From Flavobacteriaceae bacterium (lineage in GTDB: Bacteria > Bacteroidota > Bacteroidia > Flavobacteriales > Flavobacteriaceae), in NCBI GenBank assembly GCA_965224465.1, contig OZ245049.1, positions 1,860,001 to 1,892,000 of the forward strand: a stretch of DNA of 32,000 bases, written 5' to 3'. Positions 1 through 9,954 of the stretch are shown one piece after another. How positions within the stretch are numbered: position 1 is the first letter of the stretch; each line of letters starts with the position of its first letter. The notes below the pieces were generated by a model that saw only the letters and a list, made by a program, of their open reading frames with translations, made no database searches and was not told where the DNA came from. Made by a program: the position numbers and the translations under genes.

Positions 1-75
1 TTATTGAACAAAAAAATCAAGAAAATGATGCATGGGATTAATTAAAAAAAACTTAATTTTTTTGAACACATAATT

Positions 76-105
76 AAGACCTAGGATTTCCTAGGTCTTT
101 TTTTT
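76..105 (+). terminator. Rho-independent terminator, probably for a + strand gene ending just upstream or outside the window
   Basis: Perfect 10-bp stem AAGACCTAGG / CCTAGGTCTT with a 4-nt loop, running into a T-run (98-105). Confidence 0.6.
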
Positions 106-160
106 GAAATACACTGATAGCACTTCGCATTGTGCATCTTCTAAATCACAACAAATAAAC

Positions 161-314
161 ACAATTCAAGTACAATCTAAAACAACCGATATAAACAGTT
201 TATTTTACGCTCTAGCGTTGTAAAAAAAAACAGAACGATATCCATCCATTTTTTACCTGGCTAAAACAAAAAATAAGTCCATTTACTAGCTGTCACTTGG
301 AAATGTATTGGTAT
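161..314. repeat. Diverged copy of the ~159-bp MITE-like repeat family (copy 1)
   Basis: Aligns by eye with 8827-8985 and 31471-31629. Shared blocks are CAATT..ACAATC..GATATAAA.AGTTTATTTTACG.TCTAGCGTTG...CAGAACGATA...GGCTAAAACAAAAAATAA..CCATTT..CACTTGGAAATGTATTGGTAT. Several indels; the internal hairpin is degraded. Confidence 0.6.
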
Positions 315-582
315 TACTTACTAAAGATTGTAAATCCTCAGGAACTTCAAATCCAAGTTTAATACTCCTTTCACTTAAACATCTCTTATGATTTTGTTTT
401 TTCAAATTACTTCCGTCACTAAAAAATAACTTTCCTGTCAGATTGTTACTCATTATAAGTCATGAGCCAATTAGTAATGTCAATCGACTCAACCTAAGAC
501 CAAAAGCATAAACCAATATAATTTCAGTTTATCCAATCACATACATTTCAATAAAAATTTATGACACTCTATAAGTTATTAT

Positions 583-590
583 TATATTTG
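583..590 (+). promoter_or_regulatory. Candidate Bacteroidota -7 promoter box (TAnnTTTG)
   Basis: TATATTTG matches the TAnnTTTG consensus exactly, 64 nt upstream of the ATG at 654. No clear -33 TTTG partner seen. Confidence 0.3.
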
Positions 591-653
591 GAACACTTTT
601 TGTAAAGTTTTAAATAAATTACGACAAAATCAACAACATTAAAAACAGAACAG

Positions 654-1196
654 ATGAAGAAATTAAGTATCCTTTTTATTTTACTAGTAACTATTAGTAT
701 CCATGCACAAGAAATAAATTGGATGAGTTTGGAAGACGCCGTAACTGCTCAAAAAACGAATCCTAAAAAAATTATGATAGACGCCTATACCAAATGGTGT
801 GGCCCTTGTAAAATGCTAGACAAAAATACTTTTCACAATGCAGATGTAGTTGCCTATGTAAATAAGAACTATTACGCTGTAAAATTTGATGCAGAGGGAA
901 ATAAAGATATAACCTACGAAGGAAATATTTATAAAAACCCAAAATACGATCCAGCAAAAGCAAATAAGAGAAATAGCGGACATCAATTGGCTGCTTATTT
1001 TGGAGTAAGAGCTTACCCTACAATTATCTTTTTAGATACAAAAGCAAAACTAATAGCTCCTATTCCTGGATATCAAAAACCTTCTCAACTAGAAATATAT
1101 TTAAAAATGTTTAACACAGACGCCTACAAAAACATACAATCCAAAGAGGATTATGAAAAATACATGGGTGAATTTGATTACACTTTTAAAGAATAA
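654..1196 (+). CDS. Secreted thioredoxin-fold protein
   Basis: N-terminal signal peptide (MKKLSILFILLVTISIHAQ) and the thioredoxin active-site motif WCGPC. Confidence 0.85.
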   Translation: MKKLSILFILLVTISIHAQEINWMSLEDAVTAQKTNPKKIMIDAYTKWCGPCKMLDKNTFHNADVVAYVNKNYYAVKFDAEGNKDITYEGNIYKNPKYDPAKANKRNSGHQLAAYFGVRAYPTIIFLDTKAKLIAPIPGYQKPSQLEIYLKMFNTDAYKNIQSKEDYEKYMGEFDYTFKE

Positions 1197-1198
1197 TT

Positions 1199-3238
1199 CT
1201 ACTCCTTTACTATAAATGCTCCTTTTTTCGACGTGTCGTAAAAAGGAGTTTTTTGTTGTAGACATGTCTGCTCCCATTTCTTTTTTAACGAAGGATAGTT
1301 AGAACCATCAGCAACAATCAAGGCAGGTTTTAAGTTAGCAATTAGCCGTTCCAAATTTATTTTAGGCGATGCTCTAAGCAAAACGATACTCGGGCTCCAC
1401 TTTTTCACATTGTATATTCCTTCCTTAGCTACCACCAAGAGTATTTTGTCTGAAAACAAAAGCAACGAAGGAATCGAATTCGACACAAAAGCTTGTTCTA
1501 TTCCTTGTTTATTTTGATAACTACGCAGTAAAAAACCGGAACGAACATCCATGCTATCCGAAACATAAACATTGAGTTCATATCCACTACGAATCAAAAT
1601 TTTACTTTTCTTATACTCTTGGTAAACAATTAATTCCGATTGTTTTTCTAACACATACTTATGATACAAAAAGCTGAATTGCAATCCAAAAACAAGAAAT
1701 ACCATTGCATAAAATAAACGCCATCTAAACCGATCTATTAAAAAATAAAAAGCAACTAACAAACACAAACTAATCCCTAACTGGATTCCCGAAAAACGAA
1801 TGTGCTGTACTAAAAACAACTCTTGATTACTCACCCAGTTCACAATGGTATTCATATAATAAATCAGGGCAGAAAACACCGATATAAACCATGTAACTGG
1901 AATTCCTAATAAAGCAAAAACAATGGTAAAAACTCCCGTAAATAAAAGCACCGCTAGCATTGGAACAATACACAAATTACTAATTAAAAACAATAAAGGA
2001 AACTGATGAAAATAATAAAGACATAAGGGAAGTACTCCTAATTGCGCTGCTAAAGAGACCGTTGCTAAATCCCATAAATATTTAGAAACAAAATTTGTAG
2101 GCCTCCATACATCACTTATAAATGGACGTAAGAGAACAATGGAAACTACTGCTGCATAACTCAACTGAAAACCTACGTCAAATAAAAAATAAGGATTTGC
2201 AAACAGTAAGAACAACATGGAAATAAAAACAGTATTCAAAATAAAATGACGTCTATTAAAACTCATTCCTACTTGCAAAGCGGTAAACATGACAACTGCT
2301 CTCACCACAGATGCAGACATTCCAGCTAAAAAGGCGAAGCCCCACAATAGGAGTACAATAAAAATACTACTCAGCAATTTCCCGTATTTCCAGCGATTCA
2401 TCCATTGAAAAAGAAACCTCAACAACAGCAATAAAACTCCTATATGCAATCCAGAAATCGCCAAGATATGAATTGCCCCAGACGCCGAATACGACTCAAC
2501 AATATCCTTGGATAAAAATTGACGTCTCCCTAATAACAAGGCATTCAAAAACCCTAAATCCTCTACAGACATCCCATTCGCAAGCAGCTGTGTATTTATC
2601 TTTTTATGAACCTCAGAAACAAATCCCTTTACTGTTTTAGATTGCGCTTTTAAATTTAAGTAATCGCCCTTATTTACATACGTTTGATGGTATATTTGTT
2701 TTCGATTTAAATACTTCGAATAATCAAAAACATAAGGATTCATGGGCTTTGCTAGCTTTTCTAAGACCGTCTTTACCAATACCACATCATCTACACATAT
2801 CTGATCCCCCAGACTATCACGTTGCATCCTTAACAAAACAGTCCCCGTGGTACACGTATTATTTACTTGTACAACGTTCGCATAAAACCGAAGAGTCTTT
2901 AGCGTCGGTTTTAGAACTTCGCTAATTTTTAGATAGTATACAGCTCGTTTTTCCTTCTCATTTTTTAAAACAGAAAGGGAATAATGATTTTGATGATTGC
3001 GGTGATCATGAACAGACATTAACAACATTCCAATCACAATAAGAAGGCAGTAAGCAAGTAAATTATAGACATAGCCAATACTGTTCTTTATAAAAAGAGA
3101 AATACCTAACAATACGAAACCTCCAAAAACTATGTTAAAAAGCAGTATTAAATGGACAGTAAAAAACGCAGACAATACAATTCCCACACTTAAAAAAACA
3201 ACCATTTGAAATGGAATATAATGCAGTATATTTTTCAT
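1199..3238 (-). CDS. comEC: ComEC/Rec2 family DNA internalization channel protein
   Basis: 679-aa polytopic membrane protein with the characteristic SGAIHILAISGLHIGVL competence-domain motif. Confidence 0.85.
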   Translation of the reverse strand: MKNILHYIPFQMVVFLSVGIVLSAFFTVHLILLFNIVFGGFVLLGISLFIKNSIGYVYNLLAYCLLIVIGMLLMSVHDHRNHQNHYSLSVLKNEKEKRAVYYLKISEVLKPTLKTLRFYANVVQVNNTCTTGTVLLRMQRDSLGDQICVDDVVLVKTVLEKLAKPMNPYVFDYSKYLNRKQIYHQTYVNKGDYLNLKAQSKTVKGFVSEVHKKINTQLLANGMSVEDLGFLNALLLGRRQFLSKDIVESYSASGAIHILAISGLHIGVLLLLLRFLFQWMNRWKYGKLLSSIFIVLLLWGFAFLAGMSASVVRAVVMFTALQVGMSFNRRHFILNTVFISMLFLLFANPYFLFDVGFQLSYAAVVSIVLLRPFISDVWRPTNFVSKYLWDLATVSLAAQLGVLPLCLYYFHQFPLLFLISNLCIVPMLAVLLFTGVFTIVFALLGIPVTWFISVFSALIYYMNTIVNWVSNQELFLVQHIRFSGIQLGISLCLLVAFYFLIDRFRWRLFYAMVFLVFGLQFSFLYHKYVLEKQSELIVYQEYKKSKILIRSGYELNVYVSDSMDVRSGFLLRSYQNKQGIEQAFVSNSIPSLLLFSDKILLVVAKEGIYNVKKWSPSIVLLRASPKINLERLIANLKPALIVADGSNYPSLKKKWEQTCLQQKTPFYDTSKKGAFIVKE

Positions 3239-3344
3239 AGCAGCATAATTTACAGCAATAAAATATCAAAAGCAATTGTTATATACTCAAAATAGTAAAT
3301 AAAAAAAACTATCTTGACGTCGTAAACCAATAACTAACAACATC

Positions 3345-4280
3345 TTGAATTTCACAAATCCACTAGTTTATGGAGTCCCCTGCTTTTTAGGGCTCATTTT
3401 ATTAGAGTTAACGTATAGTAAAACACATCAAAAAAAAGACCTCTACGAATGGAAAGATTTAGGGTCAAGTCTCTTTATGGGCGTAGGATCTGTAATTATT
3501 GCCCCTTTAATCAAGACTATTTCAGCCATTGTTATCTTTAATTATTTATACGAAGTTTTCAATCCAGAAATAGAAGGTATCCGAACAAACATTATGGGTT
3601 GGACCTCTTTTGGATACTCTTTACCCGTATGGTTTTTATGTCAGTTTTTAGATGACTTCACTTATTATTGGTTCCACAGACAAAACCACATGGTTCGTTT
3701 TTTATGGGCTGCACATATTGTACATCACTCTTCCGATAATTTTAATTTAGGCACAGCAGTTCGCAATGGATGGTTTACCATATTATACAAACCCTTCTTT
3801 TATATGTGGCTGCCCGCTATTGGATTCCCCCCAGAAATGGTAGTGGTTTGTTTAGGAATTGAGGCATTGTGGCAATTTCAATTACACTCTACCTATGTCC
3901 CAAAACTGGGTTTCTTAGAAAAAATATTTAACACCCACACCATGCATCAAGTGCATCATGCTAGAAACATAGAATATATGGATAAAAACCACGGTGGTTT
4001 TTTAAATATTTTTGATAGGATATTCGGAACATGGAAAGAATTGGATAAAAATATAGCCATTGAATACGGCGTCTCACATCCTCCAAACTCTCACAATCCA
4101 TGGATTATATTAACCCATGAATATAAGGATATATGGAATGACACTAAAAAAACCGACAATTGGTTTCAAAAATTCATGTATGTTTTTGGACCTCCTGGAT
4201 GGAGCCACGATGGTAGTACTGTACCTGTAAAAACAATTCAAAAAGCATTAAAATTAAAAGAAGCGAAAGCATCCATTTAA
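3345..4280 (+). CDS. Fatty acid hydroxylase / sterol desaturase family membrane protein
   Basis: Three histidine boxes (HRQNH, HIVHH, HQVHH) and N-terminal TM segments. The track start at 3345 is a TTG codon. The first in-frame ATG would delete the conserved N-terminal TM region, so a non-ATG start is plausible. Confidence 0.8.
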   Translation: MNFTNPLVYGVPCFLGLILLELTYSKTHQKKDLYEWKDLGSSLFMGVGSVIIAPLIKTISAIVIFNYLYEVFNPEIEGIRTNIMGWTSFGYSLPVWFLCQFLDDFTYYWFHRQNHMVRFLWAAHIVHHSSDNFNLGTAVRNGWFTILYKPFFYMWLPAIGFPPEMVVVCLGIEALWQFQLHSTYVPKLGFLEKIFNTHTMHQVHHARNIEYMDKNHGGFLNIFDRIFGTWKELDKNIAIEYGVSHPPNSHNPWIILTHEYKDIWNDTKKTDNWFQKFMYVFGPPGWSHDGSTVPVKTIQKALKLKEAKASI

Positions 4281-4292
4281 AACCAATAACTA

Positions 4293-5420
4293 TTAAGGTT
4301 GCTCTTGTTTTCTGAAATTATCCACAATAAGAGCTGCCACTTTTTGAGAGGCTCCTACCCCACCTAATTTTTGTTCTAAATCGTAATAATCTTCAAACAT
4401 CTGAGCTCTAGTTCCATCATTTAAAATACGATTCAATTCTATTTCCAATCTATTTTCGTTGCAATCGTCTTGAATAAGTTCTGTAACCACTTCTTTATCC
4501 ATAATTAGATTCACCAATGATATAAACTTTAATTTCACCAAACGTTTTCCTATTTGATAAGACAACCAACTTGTTTTATAACAGACAATCTCTGGCAGTT
4601 TAAACAAGGCAGCCTCTAATGTGGCTGTTCCAGAAGTCACGATTGCAGCATAAGAAACAGACATTAAATCGTAGGTTTTATTACTGATAAAAGCTACATT
4701 ATCTTGTTTTATAAACGGCTGATAAAAACTATAAGGCTGACTTGGTGCACCTGCTATTACAAATTGAAAGTCCTTAAACTTATCTGCCATCTTAAGCATT
4801 ACAGCTAACATTTTTTTTATTTCCTGTTTGCGACTCCCTGGTAATAAAGCGATAATGGGTTTATCTTCTAATCCGTATGTTTTTCGAAATTCTTGTAATG
4901 TCACTTGAGTTCTATCCGAAATAGCATCAATTAAAGGATGCCCTACAAAATGCACAGGAAACTGATGTTTATGTTCGTAAAAATCCTTTTCAAAAGGTAA
5001 AATCACGTACATTTCGTCTACATCTCTCTTAATATTTTTGATACGTCCTTCTTTCCATGCCCATATTTGAGGAGAAATATAGTACTGTGTTTTATAGCCC
5101 TGTTTTTTCACAAACTCAGCAATACGCATATTAAACCCTGGATAATCTATAAAAATAATGATATCGGGATTGAATTTTAAAATATCTGCTTTGCAAAATT
5201 TTAAATTCCCTGCAATGGTTCTTAAATTCATAATCACCTCGGCAAAGCCCATAAATGCTAATTCCTTATAATGTTTAACCAAAGTTGCCCCTGCATTCTC
5301 CATCAAATCACCACCCCAGCATCTAATATCAGCTTTATTATCTTTCCGTTTTAATGCCTTTATCAAGTTTGCGCCATGTAAATCTCCAGATGCTTCTCCT
5401 GCTATAATATAATATTTCAT
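4293..5420 (-). CDS. lpxB: Lipid-A-disaccharide synthase
   Basis: N-terminal MKYYIIAGEASGDLHGANLIKAL motif typical of LpxB. Length 375 aa. Adjacent to surE, as is common in Flavobacteriia. Confidence 0.9.
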   Translation of the reverse strand: MKYYIIAGEASGDLHGANLIKALKRKDNKADIRCWGGDLMENAGATLVKHYKELAFMGFAEVIMNLRTIAGNLKFCKADILKFNPDIIIFIDYPGFNMRIAEFVKKQGYKTQYYISPQIWAWKEGRIKNIKRDVDEMYVILPFEKDFYEHKHQFPVHFVGHPLIDAISDRTQVTLQEFRKTYGLEDKPIIALLPGSRKQEIKKMLAVMLKMADKFKDFQFVIAGAPSQPYSFYQPFIKQDNVAFISNKTYDLMSVSYAAIVTSGTATLEAALFKLPEIVCYKTSWLSYQIGKRLVKLKFISLVNLIMDKEVVTELIQDDCNENRLEIELNRILNDGTRAQMFEDYYDLEQKLGGVGASQKVAALIVDNFRKQEQP

Positions 5421-5699
5421 CTATAAATTATTTAAGATTACCATCCCCACTGCAATACAAACAGTCGCTAATAATACACCACGCGCCTTGTATTCTTGTT
5501 TTCGTTTTAAAAAACCGAAAAACACCAACAAATTTGCGATGGCTCCAATGGTCATAACTTTAGACAGCAAGTGATTCCTATACATTTCTAACAAAGCTTC
5601 CTGAATGGGCAGGTTCGAAAAAAATGAAGTTACTAGCATGGTTCCTAAAGCAGTCGCAATAATGGCTATAAAAAAACCAATACATATATCTTTTAACAT
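5421..5699 (-). CDS. Small integral membrane protein, unknown function
   Basis: 92 aa with three hydrophobic segments. Its stop abuts the lpxB start, and it sits 8 nt downstream of the surE stop. Confidence 0.6.
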   Translation of the reverse strand: MLKDICIGFFIAIIATALGTMLVTSFFSNLPIQEALLEMYRNHLLSKVMTIGAIANLLVFFGFLKRKQEYKARGVLLATVCIAVGMVILNNL

Positions 5700-5707
5700 A
5701 AAAAAAA

Positions 5708-6472
5708 TTAAAAATTAAAATCATTCAAAGCATCCATTGCTTTATAAGCTGTCAGGTCAAACTGCACGGGCACAATCGAAATGTATCCATTTTCCAATGC
5801 CCATTCATCTGTATCTTCTGCCAAATCTGTATTTACAAATTCACCTTGTAGCCAATAATACTTTTTCCCATGTGGATTTATTCGTTCATCAAATTTCTCA
5901 TGCCAGTTTGATCGTGCCTGACGACAGATTTTAACCCCTTTGAACGAGGTAGCATTTGGAAAATTTACATTTAAGATAATGCCTTTTGGCAATCCTTGCT
6001 CTAAAACTTTTGCTACAATATTTTTAATATCCTTTTTCAAAGGCTCAAAATTTGCTTCCCAAGAATAATCTAATAAAGAAAAACCAATAGAAGGAATGCC
6101 TTCAATACCTGCTTCTATAGCGGCACTCATAGTTCCTGAATAAATAACATTAATGGAAGCGTTAGATCCATGATTGATCCCCGAAACACATAAGTCAGGT
6201 TTTCGATCTAACAAAGTGCTCACCGCAAATTTCACACAATCTGCTGGCGTTCCAGAAAATTGATATGCTGCTTTTACGTCTGCATCAATCACAACTTTAT
6301 CACAATACAACGGTGCATCCAAAGTAACAGCATGCCCCATTCCACTTTGCGGACGATCTGGAGCCACAACCACTACATCTCCGAATTCCTTCATTACACT
6401 TAGCAACGTTTTAATGCCCGGTGCGGTGATTCCATCATCATTGGTAAGCAAAATCAAAGGTCGTTTACTCAT
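5708..6472 (-). CDS. surE: 5'/3'-nucleotidase SurE
   Basis: N-terminal ILLTNDDGITAPGI motif and SGINHGSN motif. Length 254 aa. Confidence 0.9.
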   Translation of the reverse strand: MSKRPLILLTNDDGITAPGIKTLLSVMKEFGDVVVVAPDRPQSGMGHAVTLDAPLYCDKVVIDADVKAAYQFSGTPADCVKFAVSTLLDRKPDLCVSGINHGSNASINVIYSGTMSAAIEAGIEGIPSIGFSLLDYSWEANFEPLKKDIKNIVAKVLEQGLPKGIILNVNFPNATSFKGVKICRQARSNWHEKFDERINPHGKKYYWLQGEFVNTDLAEDTDEWALENGYISIVPVQFDLTAYKAMDALNDFNF

Positions 6473-6654
6473 TATATATCTTTCTACAAAGCTACTATAA
6501 TTTACATGGGAACACTTATATATACACTAACATTTTTCACTAAAAATTAACAAATTAAATAACAGCATACCCTCTAGATGTTAAAAAAAATTAAAAAATT
6601 CGTATTATTTGAAAAATGGCATTATTTTAGTGCCAGCAAATAGTACTATGTCGA

Positions 6655-8787
6655 ATGAATAATATAATTGATTTTATGAAAAGCAACAAAAAACTACTGA
6701 TTTCCTTAACGTTTATCGTTTGTCTATTTTTTGGATTTAACATGCATTCTAATACCGACCCAAAAAAAGACAAAACCTTAATTAGCCTTTTACGAATGGC
6801 ACTTACCCAAGGACATTATGAGCCACATGTAATAGACGATACTTTTTCTGAAGGAGTTTTCGATAGATTTATTGAACAAATGGACCCTACCAAAAGGTAT
6901 TTTTTAAGATCCGATATTAAAGAATTTGAAATGTTTAAACATTTAATAGATGATCAAATAAAAAACGAGGATTTGTCTTTTTTCTATTTAGTTCATGATC
7001 GGTTTAATCTTCGGCTAAAAGAAGCAGAGAATGCTTATGAAAAAATGTTAGATCGTCCTTTTAATTTTAATAAAGATGAAACATTAAGTGTGGATTATGA
7101 GCATAAGAACTATGCCAAATCAACATCAAAATTAGCTGCCCGATGGAGAAAACAATTAAAACACAGCACAATAAATAGGCTGCATGATAAACTAAAAACA
7201 GAAAATAGTAAAAAGGAAAAAGATGCTTCCTATAAATCTAAATCATTTAAAACGCTAGAAAAAGAAGCTAGAAAAAGCACGAAGGAGTTTATGTCAGATT
7301 TTTATGATCGCATGAACGAATTGGAACAAGCAGATTGGTTTACAACTTACATAAATGCTATTACAGAAGAATTTGACCCACATACCGCTTATTTTGACCC
7401 TAAATACAAAAAACGATTTGACCAAAGCATGTCGGGGAAACTTGAAGGAATTGGGGCACGATTACAAAGAACCAAAGAATACACAAAAGTCGCTGCATTA
7501 ATTTCTGGTGGACCAGCATGGAAAGGTGGAGAATTGGAAGTTGGTGATTTAATTATCAAAGTAGCACAAGGAGACGAAGAAGCTGTAGATATTGTAGGTA
7601 TGCGCTTGGACAAAGCCATCGAATATATCAAAGGAAAAAAAGGAACGACTGTAAAATTAACCTTAAAGAAAGTTGACGGTTCTATCAAAACAATTTCAAT
7701 AGTAAGAGATATTATCGAAATAGAAGAGACCTTTGTAAAATCTTCTATTATAAAAAAAGACGGTCGTACTTTTGGTTTGATTAACCTTCCTAAATTTTAC
7801 ATTGATTTTGCGAAAAGAAATGCTCGAAATTCTACTTCAGACATGATTCAAGAAATAGAACGATTAAAAAAACAGCATATAGAAGGATTGGTCATAGATT
7901 TACGAAATAACGGAGGAGGCTCTCTTAAAACCGCAATAGAAATTAGTGGACTCTTTATAAACAAAGGTCCTATTGTTCAAGTAAAATACAGAGGAAAGGA
8001 TGCTACTATTAAGAAAGACACCGACAAACGAATCCAATGGAATGGCCCCTTAGTTCTTATGGTGAATGAACTTTCTGCATCTGCTTCAGAAATATTTGCT
8101 GCAGCCATGCAAGACTACAAAAGAGCCGTAATTATAGGCCCCAAACACACCTATGGAAAAGGCACTGTACAGAGCGTTTTTAACTTAAACAAATACCACA
8201 ATTTAGATGCTGATTTAGGAGCTTTAAAAATGACTATTCAGAAATTTTACCGCATCAATGGTGGATCAACACAACTGGAAGGTGTAACTTCTGATATTAT
8301 TGTCCCTACTCGTTTTAGCTATATGACTATTGGAGAAAAAGATTTAGACAACCCTTTGAGTTATGACAAAATAGCTCCTGCGAACTATAATTTATGGGAT
8401 AATTACAGTAATTTTAACGAAGTAATTGCTGCTAGTAAAACAAGAATTGGAAAAAATGAGCAATTCAATTTAATTGACCAAAACGCACAATGGCTTAAAA
8501 AAGCGCAAGAAGACAATACTGTATATCTGAATTTCAAAGCTTATGAGAAAGACGTGAAATTTATAGAGAATAAATCTGCTAAATACAAAAAACTTGCAGA
8601 CTTCAAAAGCAACTACACCTATCAATCTCCTTTGTATGAAATACCTTTAGTAGAAAAAGACAGCTTGTTGCTAAAGAAAAGAGAAATTTGGCATAAAAAC
8701 CTTCAAAAAGATGTGTACATAGCAGAAGCGTTAACCGTGTTAGGTGAACTAAAGATTAAACCGAACTATGTTGCAATAAAGCAGTAA
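6655..8787 (+). CDS. prc: Tail-specific (C-terminal processing) protease, peptidase family S41, long Tsp/Prc-like form
   Basis: N-terminal TM/signal, a PDZ-like region (GELEVGDLIIKV), DLRNNGGG, the catalytic-serine context NELSASASEIFA and the lysine context TYGKGTVQ. Confidence 0.85.
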   Translation: MNNIIDFMKSNKKLLISLTFIVCLFFGFNMHSNTDPKKDKTLISLLRMALTQGHYEPHVIDDTFSEGVFDRFIEQMDPTKRYFLRSDIKEFEMFKHLIDDQIKNEDLSFFYLVHDRFNLRLKEAENAYEKMLDRPFNFNKDETLSVDYEHKNYAKSTSKLAARWRKQLKHSTINRLHDKLKTENSKKEKDASYKSKSFKTLEKEARKSTKEFMSDFYDRMNELEQADWFTTYINAITEEFDPHTAYFDPKYKKRFDQSMSGKLEGIGARLQRTKEYTKVAALISGGPAWKGGELEVGDLIIKVAQGDEEAVDIVGMRLDKAIEYIKGKKGTTVKLTLKKVDGSIKTISIVRDIIEIEETFVKSSIIKKDGRTFGLINLPKFYIDFAKRNARNSTSDMIQEIERLKKQHIEGLVIDLRNNGGGSLKTAIEISGLFINKGPIVQVKYRGKDATIKKDTDKRIQWNGPLVLMVNELSASASEIFAAAMQDYKRAVIIGPKHTYGKGTVQSVFNLNKYHNLDADLGALKMTIQKFYRINGGSTQLEGVTSDIIVPTRFSYMTIGEKDLDNPLSYDKIAPANYNLWDNYSNFNEVIAASKTRIGKNEQFNLIDQNAQWLKKAQEDNTVYLNFKAYEKDVKFIENKSAKYKKLADFKSNYTYQSPLYEIPLVEKDSLLLKKREIWHKNLQKDVYIAEALTVLGELKIKPNYVAIKQ

Positions 8788-9029
8788 TACCATTTCTAAC
8801 CGTCACTTGGAAATGTATTTGGTATCACCAATTACAATCCAACATGACAGATATAAAAAGTTTGTTTTATGTTCTAGCGTTGTTGAAAAACAGAACGATA
8901 GCGAAGGCTATCCTTAGATTTTTTGCCTAGCTAGAACAAAAAATAATACCATTTCTAAACCGTCACTTGGAAATTTAATTGGTATCACCAATTACAATCC
9001 AACATGACAGATATAAAAAGTTTGTTTTA
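8785..9029. repeat. Head-to-tail array (about 1.5 units) of the 159-bp MITE-like repeat
   Basis: Right-end fragment (8785-8825), C, full unit (8827-8985), C, left-end fragment (8987-9029). The two left ends are identical over 43 bp. Period is 160 bp. Confidence 0.85.
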
Positions 9030-9050
9030 AAAGAGTAGCCCCTCTTTTAA

Positions 9051-9088
9051 AAACAGCCATTTCGTAATTGAGATGGCTGTTTTTTTTT
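9051..9088 (+). terminator. Rho-independent terminator downstream of the protease gene and repeat array
   Basis: AAACAGCCAT ... ATGGCTGTTT 10-bp perfect stem (extendable with one mismatch) followed by T8. Confidence 0.7.
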
Positions 9089-9219
9089 AGGTAAAACCAG
9101 TTCATTGAATACAACCGCCACTTTATGAAGTAAAGTCTATACTTACTACATTCCCTATTTATAAAATAATTTTCTGGTCATAGTTTTGTACAGAACAAAT
9201 CAAAAATACGCCAAAGATT

Positions 9220-9852
9220 ATGAAATCATATAAATACACCTTTTTAACACTTGTCCTACTAATGATTGTTAGCTGTGACAAAAACGACGATATAAGTACA
9301 GCAACTAATTCTTTTGAGAGCAACAATATCTCCTACGACACTCCAAATTGCTATATAGAATTCGATGAATTCACAGACAATAATGCAAGTTTCAATTTGT
9401 TTTTACTCAATGGACGCATGTTTGATAATGATGCCAATGTAAATGGCTCTTCTGGAGATTACTTATTTTCTTTAAACACCAGTAATTTTGTGTTTTACAA
9501 TATTCGTGCAATAGAAAACCCTAGCATTGAAACACCTCAATACCCCAATATTCAAACAGGGATCAATTATATAGGAAGCGACAATGATTCGGTAATTATA
9601 CATGGATTTAGTGTAAACCCTCTCAGCCCTAACTTCGACAGTAATGGCGTTAATTACGGAATGCCCAACGAAGGATCAGGAGTCGTTCACGAGCCTTCAC
9701 CTGGAAGTACAAACACAATCACTATAAACACCTACAGTGTGGATCTTATGGCAAAAACAGGACAGATAGATCTAGATTATCAATTTTTAGATGCCCTTGA
9801 AAATACGATTACAGGACACTATGAAGGAAGTTTTGGTGTCTTCCAAGATTAA
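9220..9852 (+). CDS. Lipoprotein, unknown function
   Basis: Signal peptide with lipobox-like LLMIVSC followed by DKNDD. Asn/Ser-rich. No family recognised. Confidence 0.65.
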   Translation: MKSYKYTFLTLVLLMIVSCDKNDDISTATNSFESNNISYDTPNCYIEFDEFTDNNASFNLFLLNGRMFDNDANVNGSSGDYLFSLNTSNFVFYNIRAIENPSIETPQYPNIQTGINYIGSDNDSVIIHGFSVNPLSPNFDSNGVNYGMPNEGSGVVHEPSPGSTNTITINTYSVDLMAKTGQIDLDYQFLDALENTITGHYEGSFGVFQD

Positions 9853-9954
9853 ATTTTTAAACAAGTCCATCAACCTCCCCAACTAGAAACATTCCCCAAC
9901 GGTAATTCCTCATATATACTACCCATTACAATACTCAATTCCCAGACAAGCACA

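Noticed and set aside
1-45. Possible 3' end of a + strand gene (…LLNKKIKKMMHGIN*) before the terminator at 76-105.
   Set aside because: Only 14 codons are visible, so coding cannot be distinguished from chance.
84-453. A 55-aa minus-strand ORF (286-453, MSNNLTGKLFFSDGSNLKKQNHKRCLSERSIKLGFEVPEDLQSLVSN…) runs into repeat copy 1. A 24-codon open frame on the other side of the repeat (…VFICCDLEDAQCEVLSVYFKKKT*) ends in the terminator stem. Possibly a second gene split by the repeat.
   Set aside because: Both pieces are short enough to be open by chance in this context. No target duplication or frame-consistent junction can be reconstructed around the diverged copy, and I recognise no protein family. 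Worth a BLAST, but not supportable as a feature.
8785-9029. Could the repeated sequence after the protease gene be a CRISPR array?
   Set aside because: The period is 160 bp with no unique spacers between short repeats. The units are long, have terminal inverted repeats and also occur dispersed (161-314 and 31471-31629). No cas genes are in the window.
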